Origin: Candidatus Hermodarchaeota archaeon
GTDB taxonomy: Archaea > Asgardarchaeota > Hermodarchaeia > Hermodarchaeales > Hermodarchaeaceae
Direction: 5' to 3'
DNA: 29,041 bases
Assembly (NCBI GenBank): GCA_016840065.1
Contig: JAEOTB010000031.1
Location: 1-29,041 of the forward strand
The notes beneath the pieces were generated by a model, which worked only from the letters and a program-made list of their open reading frames with translations, ran no database searches and was not told the DNA's origin. Positions within the stretch are counted from its first letter, which is position 1, and every line of letters begins with the position of its first letter. Both the position numbers and the translations under genes were made by a program. Shown piece by piece: positions 1-8,016 of this stretch.

Positions 1-2
1 GT

Positions 3-1595
3 GGCTGCGTACTGGGACAGCCTTAGCACCTGCCATATCTCTTGTCGTCGTCGATGTGACATCCAGAGAGATTCTATTGACATTCGAACGATTGGCTCAA
101 GCGCAGAGCTGCCACAGGAGGCAATTGCGTTTCGTGCGGCAACGCGTACCCTTGGAGAGTCATGTGAGAGTAGGTCCGAGGCTATTGGGATTACTGCTAG
201 TCTTCGGGACTTGATGAGTTTCCGTTCCAGTATCTTCGCGATTAGTTCGGTGTCTCCAGGGAAACTGGCGCGTGAGAATCTACGTGCAAGGAGTGACCAG
301 CACAGAAAGGCACGGTCTTTGGGCATTTGGGAGTGAAGGATATCGATATTTCGGATTATGCGGTCAGGGTCTTCGGGGTTCCGTACAATAGTTTCATGGA
401 GTGATTCTAGTGCAAATGGCTCAGATACCAGTGTACAGATAGTTTTCCAGAGGTTACCGATATCCCGGCGCTTCGTGGTCGAGTTTCGTGCTGTTTTGGA
501 AATCCTGTAGGCTTGTCCTACTAGCTTAGGTGATAGATGGCGGCGCCTTGCCTCGGGTCTTTGGAGGCGTGTTAAACCCCTTTTTAGACGCATTAGGGTT
601 CTGGCCAGTGAGCCGAAGGGAAAGGGTAGTTTCCCGAAGGCCCAGATGAAAGGCTCTGTATCGTGTTCATGAGGGCTAGTGATGAACCTGGCACTTTCAG
701 GAACGATCGGTCTCTGAACTGCGATCATCTCGGAGGAGGGAGTGAGAACACGATACAGGATTGCACTGTTTTGCACCATCGCCCAGGATTCTGCTCTAAC
801 GCTGTAGAGCTGTGTACGGTGGGCCAACTTTCTGAGCACATAGTCAGTTGATAGCTTGAGTCGAGCTCGGACAGAATCTAGGTAACTGGGTCTTCCAAGG
901 AGCCTAAGGGACTCAACACTTCTAGGCTCATCACGGGTGGAGAAGAATCGAGCTCCACGGAAATCTGTCCAGTATAGAAAACTGCCCTGAAACCGACAGG
1001 ATGAAAATTCGCTATCTGACGCGTTTACCCAAGACAAGTCGCTTTCTCGAAAGTCTGCTCGAACTAGTTGGGCGTTTCGAAGCTTGGCTATCCTCATATC
1101 TGCTCGCATGAAGCTTGAGCTGAAAGAACGAATCCCATCAAGCAGGGTTCCCTTCATTCTGCATCGGTAGAAGCCTGACTTGATGATTACTGCCCTTGTG
1201 AGATTTACTCGCCCAAGATCGGCTTCCCAGAACTGGGACCCGACCAAAGTCGCTCGCTGAAGCTTTGACCCTCGTAGTCTGGCTTGGGTGCCTGTCACTC
1301 GCACTAGTTTGGCTCTTTGGAGGTCTGCGTTCCAAAGCTGAACTCCCTGAAGATTAGCTTGGTGTAGATTAGCCTCCACAAGATAAGCTTCGCACAGATG
1401 TTTTTCCTCCGTCTCTGCATCGCTAAGGTCTAACCTTCTCAAGTCCTTGCCCTTCTGCCTTATGTGCCAGCGGCAGTATCGTCTACCCTGCTTGGGGCGA
1501 TGGCGGCAGCGTTCACCCCTTTTATGGCACCCTGCGTCGAATCGGTATACATAGGCACAATTCACAGGCTGATTCGAACTTGGCAGAAGACTCAC
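3..1595 (-). CDS. Pentapeptide-repeat protein with N-terminal Cys/His motif and C-terminal HEAT-like repeat (partial, runs off left edge)
   Basis: Manual minus-strand translation from GTG at 1595 stays open for 531 codons to the window edge. It contains CAYVY..GC..RC..RYCRWH, then A(N/D)L-type pentapeptides (EAYLV EANLH QANLQ GVQLW NADLQ RAKLV ... RADFR ESDLS), then a HEAT-like segment VIPIASDLLSHDSPRVRVAARNAIASCG. It is absent from the ORF track because its stop lies outside the window. Confidence 0.85.
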   Translation of the reverse strand, partial: MSLLPSSNQPVNCAYVYRFDAGCHKRGERCRHRPKQGRRYCRWHIRQKGKDLRRLDLSDAETEEKHLCEAYLVEANLHQANLQGVQLWNADLQRAKLVRVTGTQARLRGSKLQRATLVGSQFWEADLGRVNLTRAVIIKSGFYRCRMKGTLLDGIRSFSSSFMRADMRIAKLRNAQLVRADFRESDLSWVNASDSEFSSCRFQGSFLYWTDFRGARFFSTRDEPRSVESLRLLGRPSYLDSVRARLKLSTDYVLRKLAHRTQLYSVRAESWAMVQNSAILYRVLTPSSEMIAVQRPIVPESARFITSPHEHDTEPFIWAFGKLPFPFGSLARTLMRLKRGLTRLQRPEARRRHLSPKLVGQAYRISKTARNSTTKRRDIGNLWKTICTLVSEPFALESLHETIVRNPEDPDRIIRNIDILHSQMPKDRAFLCWSLLARRFSRASFPGDTELIAKILERKLIKSRRLAVIPIASDLLSHDSPRVRVAARNAIASCGSSALEPIVRMSIESLWMSHRRRQEIWQVLRLSQYAA

Positions 1596-1695
1596 CTCTA
1601 GTAGGTATAATAATTGGAGTTGATTTATCGACTGTGGATGTGTTTAAGCCTTAATCCTTTCGTGTCCCAGATAATATGCATGCATTCAGCTAGGG

Positions 1696-2190
1696 CTAAT
1701 CGGGATAGACAGTGAACTCGCAGGTGTCATCTCCGCGAGCTGCTGTCTTTTCGATTGTAACACGAACCGGCTGCTCCAGTAAAATCTCAAAGTTGGCTTT
1801 AATCCAGCCTCTGGTACACTCGCAAAGCGTTGGATTCCGCTTTACAATATTGTATTGAACTAGTGGACAGATGCAAGGCTGATCCATCTTGGGGTAGGCT
1901 AGAGAAATCGATTCTATCGGGTTCTTACCCTTCACCATAACTTCTGGGAAGTGCATCTGCTCTTTTATCCGATTGATTCGCTCCAGAACATCATCAGTTT
2001 CATCTACGATACGTTTTACTGCTGCCATGGAATAACATTCAGCACAGTATCTCCCTGTCTTTTCTAGAAGACCCACTCTTGTTTTCTCATCCAAGGTGTC
2101 TAACTCTTGTAGGATTGTATTTATCCAACCTCCTGCGTGGCTCAGCTGGGACTTGAGAATCTTAACTAAAGGATTTGATTTGTCTTCCAT
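1696..2190 (-). CDS. DUF6144 / V4R-like Cys-containing small-molecule or metal-binding protein
   Basis: 164 aa with GRYCA, CICP, LCECTRGW..FE..L..PV.V.I..T..RGDDTCEF, the typical V4R/DUF6144 C-terminal pattern. Confidence 0.7.
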   Translation of the reverse strand: MEDKSNPLVKILKSQLSHAGGWINTILQELDTLDEKTRVGLLEKTGRYCAECYSMAAVKRIVDETDDVLERINRIKEQMHFPEVMVKGKNPIESISLAYPKMDQPCICPLVQYNIVKRNPTLCECTRGWIKANFEILLEQPVRVTIEKTAARGDDTCEFTVYPD

Positions 2191-2199
2191 ACCGATTCA

Positions 2200-2241
2200 C
2201 CGTAACAAACAATCAGTCCGTAACAAACGTATCAATTGTTA
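2200..2241. promoter_or_regulatory. Direct plus inverted repeat, putative operator upstream of the V4R-like gene
   Basis: CCGTAACAAAC at 2200-2210 and 2218-2228. TAACAA-N9-TTGTTA inverted repeat at 2221-2241. An AT-rich TATA-like stretch follows at about 2246-2256. Confidence 0.45.
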
Positions 2242-2374
2242 GTACATATATTTAACATAAATCAGATAGCCCAGACCAAATAAAATTTACAGCTACAATC
2301 AAGTGTTAATACTAGTTTGTTTTGAAACCACGTTCTTTTTATTCCCGCCCATTGAATAGATATGAGGGTTTTTC

Positions 2375-2989
2375 ATGGTTGCTGAGCATCATTATGTTCC
2401 TGTTCAAGTACTTCCTATAGCCTTGTTGAATCTTATTCCGAAGGGAGATGTTATTCTCTACACCTCCCGAGCCCAAATAACCAAAACTGGTTGGGGTGGT
2501 GACTCCAAGTATGGCTATTTGGTGCTCACGAATAATGGAATTGCCTTCAGAGCGACGAAAATGAAGTTCTGGAGAGCAAGCGCTATTTCGGCATCGAAGG
2601 GTGCTTTGGAAGGTTATATCCCATACAACCTCATCTACGATTTTAAAAACCAGCTGAAGGAAATCGAGATCAAGCACACTGTTCTTCACAGACCTGCGAA
2701 AAGGCGTGGATGGAGAATTAGGATCGAGCGATGCAAAGACCAGTTAGAGAGCGAGAAATCCTTTGCGATACGCCAACGCACATTTGGTGATTTTGCCAAT
2801 GAACTCTATCTAAAGAATATACAATTCACGGTGCCTAGTAAATCTGTTTCTCCCTCCTCTTCTGTTCCTACCAGCAAAGTATCCTCGACCTCTGATGTTA
2901 GACCAGTACAGTTTTGTGGTTACTGCGGTGCACCTCGTGCAAAACCTGATTCTAGGTTCTGTGATAAATGCGGCGGAAAAATAAACTAG
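2375..2989 (+). CDS. PH/GRAM-like domain protein with Ser/Thr-rich linker and C-terminal zinc ribbon
   Basis: GYLVLTNNGIAF...IPYNLI beta pattern typical of PH-like folds; S/T/P linker; FCGYCG..SRFCDKCG zinc ribbon. Confidence 0.7.
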   Translation: MVAEHHYVPVQVLPIALLNLIPKGDVILYTSRAQITKTGWGGDSKYGYLVLTNNGIAFRATKMKFWRASAISASKGALEGYIPYNLIYDFKNQLKEIEIKHTVLHRPAKRRGWRIRIERCKDQLESEKSFAIRQRTFGDFANELYLKNIQFTVPSKSVSPSSSVPTSKVSSTSDVRPVQFCGYCGAPRAKPDSRFCDKCGGKIN

Positions 2990-3024
2990 ACCCCGCTACT
3001 AAATGTGACGGATATTGATGTAGA

Positions 3025-3504
3025 ATGGCTGTCGGTCGTTTCCAAGTAATGGCGGTCCTCCAAGCAGCAAGGGCATTGGTGCTGGGTGTTCCGGAATCCT
3101 TGGCTAAGAGCTGGGGTCTAAATCGCGCAATATTCTACGCAGCCGCCAAGCGGGGATTCAGGGCCAAGGAGCAGCCACCAAGGCGAGTTTGTGATATAAG
3201 AGCCAAGCCCGTCGAAGAAACACCAGAGACCTTCCATCTCGGGAATGAAATGGCCCTAAAAACCAAGGACGCTGAGGGAACGGAATACTTCACCATTGGT
3301 GGAAAGGTGCAAACGGAACAGGAATTTACTCGCCAGATTGAATCCCGTTTCGGCGAAAGTTTCACCCAAGCCTGGGAGGAGGCACTCGAACTTGTCCGAC
3401 AGTTTGACCAGAAGGTCCTAGTTTCACAGCATGGATTCTTCAGCAAGATTTACAAGCCCAACCGAGACCTACTTGCGGCAAAGTGGACAGCCGTCGCAGA
3501 CTAA
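3025..3504 (+). CDS. Conserved archaeal hypothetical protein
   Basis: 159 aa ORF with the motif GRFQVMAxLQAARA..LG...AKSWGLNRAIFYAAAKRGF, recognisable as an uncharacterised archaeal family. Confidence 0.75.
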   Translation: MAVGRFQVMAVLQAARALVLGVPESLAKSWGLNRAIFYAAAKRGFRAKEQPPRRVCDIRAKPVEETPETFHLGNEMALKTKDAEGTEYFTIGGKVQTEQEFTRQIESRFGESFTQAWEEALELVRQFDQKVLVSQHGFFSKIYKPNRDLLAAKWTAVAD

Positions 3505-3525
3505 CTGAACCTGTTGATTTCCTTG

Positions 3526-3744
3526 ATGATAACCATCAAATGTGCCCGTTGCCAGAGGAAGATATTCAGGTACTTCAAGAGCGGCAAGGGCAGAATCTGG
3601 CGCTGCTACAAGGCTAGAATCCAAGAGGACTTCACAGTGAGAGAGGGTGACGAGGTGCTTTGCGAGTGCGGGAACAAGATAGGCACGGATGTGGGACCAC
3701 TAGTGAAGATGAGGACTGGCGCCTTCACACCCACTGGAAGATAG
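3526..3744 (+). CDS. Small Cys-rich putative zinc-binding protein
   Basis: TIKCARC..IFRY.KSGKG...RCY..RI....LCECG..IG. It sits tightly between its neighbours. The start is uncertain (TTG 3514, TTG 3523 or ATG 3526). Confidence 0.7.
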   Translation: MITIKCARCQRKIFRYFKSGKGRIWRCYKARIQEDFTVREGDEVLCECGNKIGTDVGPLVKMRTGAFTPTGR

Positions 3745-3754
3745 AGGTAATCGT

Positions 3755-4396
3755 ATGAGTTGGTGGAATCAGATCTATGTCTTTTCTACGCCCCCTTGGG
3801 CGATTGGGCGACCACAACCAGCATTTGTAGATCTTGTCCGCAGGGGCGAGGTTAAACCAGGGTGTGTACTAGATGTTGGATGCGGAACGGGGGATAACTC
3901 GATATTCTTTGCACAAAACGGGTTCTCAGTGGTCGGAATCGATGTGGCCACTAAAGCGATTCAACTTTCTGAAGCGAGAGCAAAAGAACAAAACGTAAGC
4001 GTGGACTTTCGCGTTGGGGATGTATTAGATTTAGAGAACCAATTCCCCAAGGCTACGTTTGCTACTGTAATTGACTCGGGGTTCTTCCACATCCTAAACA
4101 ACCGCAAGAGAGCTATCTACGTGAAACAGCTGCAACATGTACTCCACGAAGGTGGGAATTATTTCATGCTGTGCTACTCTGATAAGGAACCAAAACGAGG
4201 TGGCAGGGAGGTGGCAAGGAGTTTGATTGCACGATGGCGGGTCCTAGGGGGACCGCGACGTATCAAGAAACGTGAAATCCATCAAACTCTTTCCCCCTTG
4301 TTCGAAATAAATTATATCCGTGAAACATTTCTCGCATTAAGAGCGCAAGACCAAGTCCGCAGAGCCTATCTCACTTCAGCAACAAGGAGACTGTAG
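3755..4396 (+). CDS. Class I SAM-dependent methyltransferase (TPMT-like / Methyltransf_25)
   Basis: PPWAIGRPQP, VLDVGCGTG motif I, GIDV, VIDSGFFH; SD GAGGT upstream. Confidence 0.9.
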   Translation: MSWWNQIYVFSTPPWAIGRPQPAFVDLVRRGEVKPGCVLDVGCGTGDNSIFFAQNGFSVVGIDVATKAIQLSEARAKEQNVSVDFRVGDVLDLENQFPKATFATVIDSGFFHILNNRKRAIYVKQLQHVLHEGGNYFMLCYSDKEPKRGGREVARSLIARWRVLGGPRRIKKREIHQTLSPLFEINYIRETFLALRAQDQVRRAYLTSATRRL

Positions 4397-4458
4397 ATGA
4401 GGAGGGCTGGCGCTTTCACGCCTACTGGCAGGTAGCACGCCTTGCCTTGGGCTTTCTG

Positions 4459-5316
4459 TCAGACTGGTGTGAAGTTCCAGATGGCATACGGGTACAAAGC
4501 GATTATACCCAGGACTCCGAGGTACCAGAAGACCCCGAGCATTAGGAAGATGCTCACCGGCACTAGCAAATTATCGATATTCCGAGGCGATATGGCCTCA
4601 ACTATAGTTGCTACCAAGCTGACGGCAAGAACAGGGATGAGGATATTCAGAAGGCTGTAAGCTGCTGGATAGAGCGGATTGAAGACTAGCCAGTAGATGC
4701 CTAGTATCGCATAGGTGAAGAGCACGCTAAAGATGAACATGGCAAGGGTGCCTTCAACACTCTTATCACTGAAGACCTTGAACTTATGTTTGCCCCACTT
4801 CTGCCCCACCATATCAGCTAGACCATCACCGCCAGCCATTGGCCCAAAGATGAGAATAGCTGTAGGAATGAAAAGATGGAAGTAAGGCACGCCAGTGAAC
4901 TTGTCAAAGGGAACGAACCAGCACGCGATGGACACCCAGACCATCACCAAGCAGTAAAGTAGGTTTCCGAAAAGGAGTTCTCGGGACTTGCCGCTCCGAG
5001 CCAGAAACTGGACGAAATCATCGTTCTTCATGAACCCGCTTCCCACAGCTACAAACAGCATGGCAAAAATCAGCGGCACAATGGCAGCGATATAGCGGCT
5101 ATACGGGCCACTGGAAAACAGAATCCAACAGATGATGAACACGGGTCCGAAGAAGGTGTGGAACACCTTGCGAGCCACATAGTGTGGGATGGTTTTTCGG
5201 TTACGAAGAATATCGTTCACCCTGAACAGTACCAGAACCAGCACAAATGTGATTACTAGGGCGATGATGTCCCACATCCAGTCCAAAATACCGATAATAG
5301 CTAAGGGGTTTACCAT
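4459..5316 (-). CDS. CTP-dependent prenol kinase (phytol/farnesol kinase VTE5/FOLK; SEC59/dolichol kinase superfamily), paralog 1
   Basis: Multi-TM protein with RKVFH, ARSGKSRELLFG, GGDGLADMVG..WG, KSVEG, VEAISP..DNL. Confidence 0.85.
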   Translation of the reverse strand: MVNPLAIIGILDWMWDIIALVITFVLVLVLFRVNDILRNRKTIPHYVARKVFHTFFGPVFIICWILFSSGPYSRYIAAIVPLIFAMLFVAVGSGFMKNDDFVQFLARSGKSRELLFGNLLYCLVMVWVSIACWFVPFDKFTGVPYFHLFIPTAILIFGPMAGGDGLADMVGQKWGKHKFKVFSDKSVEGTLAMFIFSVLFTYAILGIYWLVFNPLYPAAYSLLNILIPVLAVSLVATIVEAISPRNIDNLLVPVSIFLMLGVFWYLGVLGIIALYPYAIWNFTPV

Positions 5317-5493
5317 GAAGCTTTACCTCCAAACCGATAGGGTAAGTCTGGATACTTGTTACCACTCTGATATTTAATCTTTCGAAGGCTAGAAATTGCC
5401 AACCACAGACAATTCCCTCACACTACATAACTAGACTTATACCAAACCATACCAGCACTAAGTTGAATTCGAGCTCCAAGAGATTGAACAGCG

Positions 5494-5745
5494 ATGTTAG
5501 TAACTGATTGTTCGAAATGTGGAAAACCCCTAAAGGAATACATTAAGGGGGTGATCTACGTACCCGAAGAAAGGGTTTGGGCAGGCAGAATATGTAGGCA
5601 TTGCAAACTAGTCTTTTGCCCCGAATGTTCGGGGTGCAGCATAGGAGAATACGGTCCCTGTCCAGGATGTGGAAATCGCCTCTCCTTAGCGACAGAAGAG
5701 TATCTGAGTACCCTTTATCACTGGATAAAGCGACGCCCAAAATGA
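5494..5745 (+). CDS. Small Cys8 zinc-finger protein (RING/FYVE-like spacing)
   Basis: Cx2C-x24-Cx2C-x4-Cx2C-x10-Cx2C in 83 aa. Confidence 0.7.
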   Translation: MLVTDCSKCGKPLKEYIKGVIYVPEERVWAGRICRHCKLVFCPECSGCSIGEYGPCPGCGNRLSLATEEYLSTLYHWIKRRPK

Positions 5746-5843
5746 GTTTGAGCCCCTTTCCTTTGCCTTCTCCAGCTTCAACAGATTATCTAACGCCCTT
5801 GGAACGGGAATATTCCTTGAACCTTTAATCCACTATGAAATCT

Positions 5844-5870
5844 AAGGCTGAGAGTGCGACCCCCAGCCTT
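5844..5870 (-). terminator. Stem-loop in the 3' UTR of prenol kinase paralog 2 (possible terminator or processing element)
   Basis: Minus-strand RNA AAGGCUGGGGGU-CGC-ACUCUCAGCCUU forms 12 bp including two G-U pairs, about 30 nt after the stop at 5903. Confidence 0.4.
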
Positions 5871-5902
5871 GAAATCAGTAACTTCGAAACAGTTTGTCGT
5901 AA

Positions 5903-6805
5903 TCAAACGGGAATCCAAGTCCAGATATGCCAAGGATAGTTTATGATGAGGGGAATAATACCCCACATTCCTAGATACCAGAGAGTTTGTAGTCCCCAGA
6001 TGGTTATGAAGACGAAGGCTGGAACTAGTAGGTTGTCGAATTGTCGTGGTGAGCAGGCTTCGACGAGGGTGGCAACTAGTGAGATGATGAGGACTGGTAG
6101 TACAAGGTTGGCCGGGTTGAAGTTTGGTGGGTACAACCCTGTGCCAGCCACATACTGTAAGAAGCCATCCATCATTCCGAGGAAGAAGATGCCTAAGAGT
6201 ACGAAGGTAAAGCAGAAGCTAAAGACGAACATGGCGAGAGTGCCTTCTCTACTCTTCTCGGTGAAGATCTTGTACTTGCGTTTGCCCCAGGCGCGTCCGA
6301 CGATGTCGGCGAAGCCATCGCCTCCAGCAAGGGGACCGATGACGAGGATAGCGGTGGGTACGAATTCGTCGTAGCGGGGTTGGCCAGTTACGATGTCGAC
6401 TGGAATATACCAGCAGCTGAGGGTACACCAGACCAGGACGAGGCAGTAGAGGAAGGTGCCGAAGAGGAGCCCTCTGGCTTCTCCATCTGTCACGCTTTGG
6501 ACGAAGCTTTCGTTCTTCCAGACACCAGTGCCTGCTGCGACAAAGAGTATCGCAAAGAGTAGCGGAACTGCTGCAGCAAAGTAACGGCTGAGAATGTCAC
6601 CTGAGAAAAGTAGCCAACAGACAAGAAACAAGGGTCCCAAGAAAGTGTGGAGCACCTTTCTTGATATGTCGACCGGGATTTTCTCGCGGTTTCGGAGTCT
6701 GCCATTGATTCTAATGAGGATGTATATCGCGATGAAAGTGATTGCTACCGCGATGACATCCCATGCCAAGTTGGGGACACCAAATGATAACAACGGATTA
6801 ACCAT
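5903..6805 (-). CDS. CTP-dependent prenol kinase (phytol/farnesol/dolichol kinase family), paralog 2
   Basis: RKVLH, GGDGFADIVG..WG, KSREG, VEACSP..DNL; colinear with 4459..5316; SD GGAGG. Confidence 0.85.
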   Translation of the reverse strand: MVNPLLSFGVPNLAWDVIAVAITFIAIYILIRINGRLRNREKIPVDISRKVLHTFLGPLFLVCWLLFSGDILSRYFAAAVPLLFAILFVAAGTGVWKNESFVQSVTDGEARGLLFGTFLYCLVLVWCTLSCWYIPVDIVTGQPRYDEFVPTAILVIGPLAGGDGFADIVGRAWGKRKYKIFTEKSREGTLAMFVFSFCFTFVLLGIFFLGMMDGFLQYVAGTGLYPPNFNPANLVLPVLIISLVATLVEACSPRQFDNLLVPAFVFITIWGLQTLWYLGMWGIIPLIINYPWHIWTWIPV

Positions 6806-6970
6806 TATATTGCCTCCGAGATGTTTCTCAAGGAGCGATGTCTAGAACCTTATGCTGCCCACTTCTTATTTAAGGATAAAGCTTGTTTCCAAAGACGCCA
6901 AGGCTTTGCGATAGGAAAAGTGTAAAAGGCAGAAGCATGAGAAAGTTCTCTTCGAAAGTGGTGGATTGTA

Positions 6971-7984
6971 TTGACCGATGTGATGAGTGTTCTAGGAAAG
7001 ATTGGACGTCGAGTCGACGCTGAGATGCTAAAGCTTCTAAAAGTGGGTGCAGCAAAGGACTTCCACGAGGTCGTTTTTCACCAAGTTAAAGCAGGTGGTA
7101 AGCGGCTTCGCCCCGCAATGACACTCTCTTTCTGTGAAGCAGCTGGTGGATCCCAGAAGGATGCACTCAGTGCGGCTGCAGCGATAGAGCTTATCCATAA
7201 CTATTCTCTAATCCTAGACGATATCATTGACGATGCCGATGTGCGTCGAAACCTGCCAACTACATGGAAGAAGTTTGGGCTGAGTTTTGGAATTCTGGCT
7301 TCGACGCATTATAGAGAGGCTATTGAGGAAGGAGTCCTCCGGTCACCAAACCCAATAGCGATGTCCAAGCTGGTTGCTGATGCGATCCGGGATATCGTAG
7401 AAGGTGAGCGGCTTGATGTCCTCTTTGAGCAGGTTGAACACGGCGTCGAATATGTCGACAAACACCGCTACGAAAAGGTTACGATAAAAGATTATGAGAA
7501 GATGATTGGTAAAAAGACCGCTGCTTTGATTCGGGCTGCCTGTGAAGCAGGTGTTGTTTGTGCTGGCGGCTCCGATAAGCTCCGTCGAGCAGCTCGGGAG
7601 TTTGGCTGGAAGGGTGGACTCTCCTTCCAGATGGCAGACGATATGCTGGACCTCTTTGCTGAGGCAGAGAAGCTCGGAAAACAGGTTGGCAAGGATATCT
7701 ATGAGCACAAACTCGGTAACATCGTAATTCTCTACTCCCTGGAACTTCTCTCTAAGACGGACCGAGAATTCCTCCTCAAAGTGCTCCGAGCAAAGAAACC
7801 CAGAGACCGAGATGTCGTGAAGGTCATCGAAATGCTCCGGGGCTGCGGGGCAACAGAGCGAGTTCAGAAACGAGCTAAGAAACTCGTGGACGAGGCAAAA
7901 CGTGCCCTCGACAAATTCCCCAATAAAGAGGCGACCAAGCTCCTCGCAGACCTTGTAGACTTCACCTACAAACGATCATTCTAA
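6971..7984 (+). CDS. idsA: Short-chain isoprenyl diphosphate synthase (GGPP synthase)
   Basis: GGKRLRP, FARM DDIIDD..RR, KT, SARM QMADDMLD, GKD. An aromatic residue (Y) five positions before the FARM indicates a short-chain product. Confidence 0.9.
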   Translation: MTDVMSVLGKIGRRVDAEMLKLLKVGAAKDFHEVVFHQVKAGGKRLRPAMTLSFCEAAGGSQKDALSAAAAIELIHNYSLILDDIIDDADVRRNLPTTWKKFGLSFGILASTHYREAIEEGVLRSPNPIAMSKLVADAIRDIVEGERLDVLFEQVEHGVEYVDKHRYEKVTIKDYEKMIGKKTAALIRAACEAGVVCAGGSDKLRRAAREFGWKGGLSFQMADDMLDLFAEAEKLGKQVGKDIYEHKLGNIVILYSLELLSKTDREFLLKVLRAKKPRDRDVVKVIEMLRGCGATERVQKRAKKLVDEAKRALDKFPNKEATKLLADLVDFTYKRSF

Positions 7985-8016
7985 GCGATTATATGTGAAA
8001 TGTAGGAATTGATAGT

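Noticed and set aside
1-1335. Short track ORFs 1..336(+), 663..851(+), 1138..1335(-) and an apparent 'non-coding' first 1.6 kb
   Set aside because: All are shadows of the long minus-strand pentapeptide/HEAT ORF that runs off the window edge.
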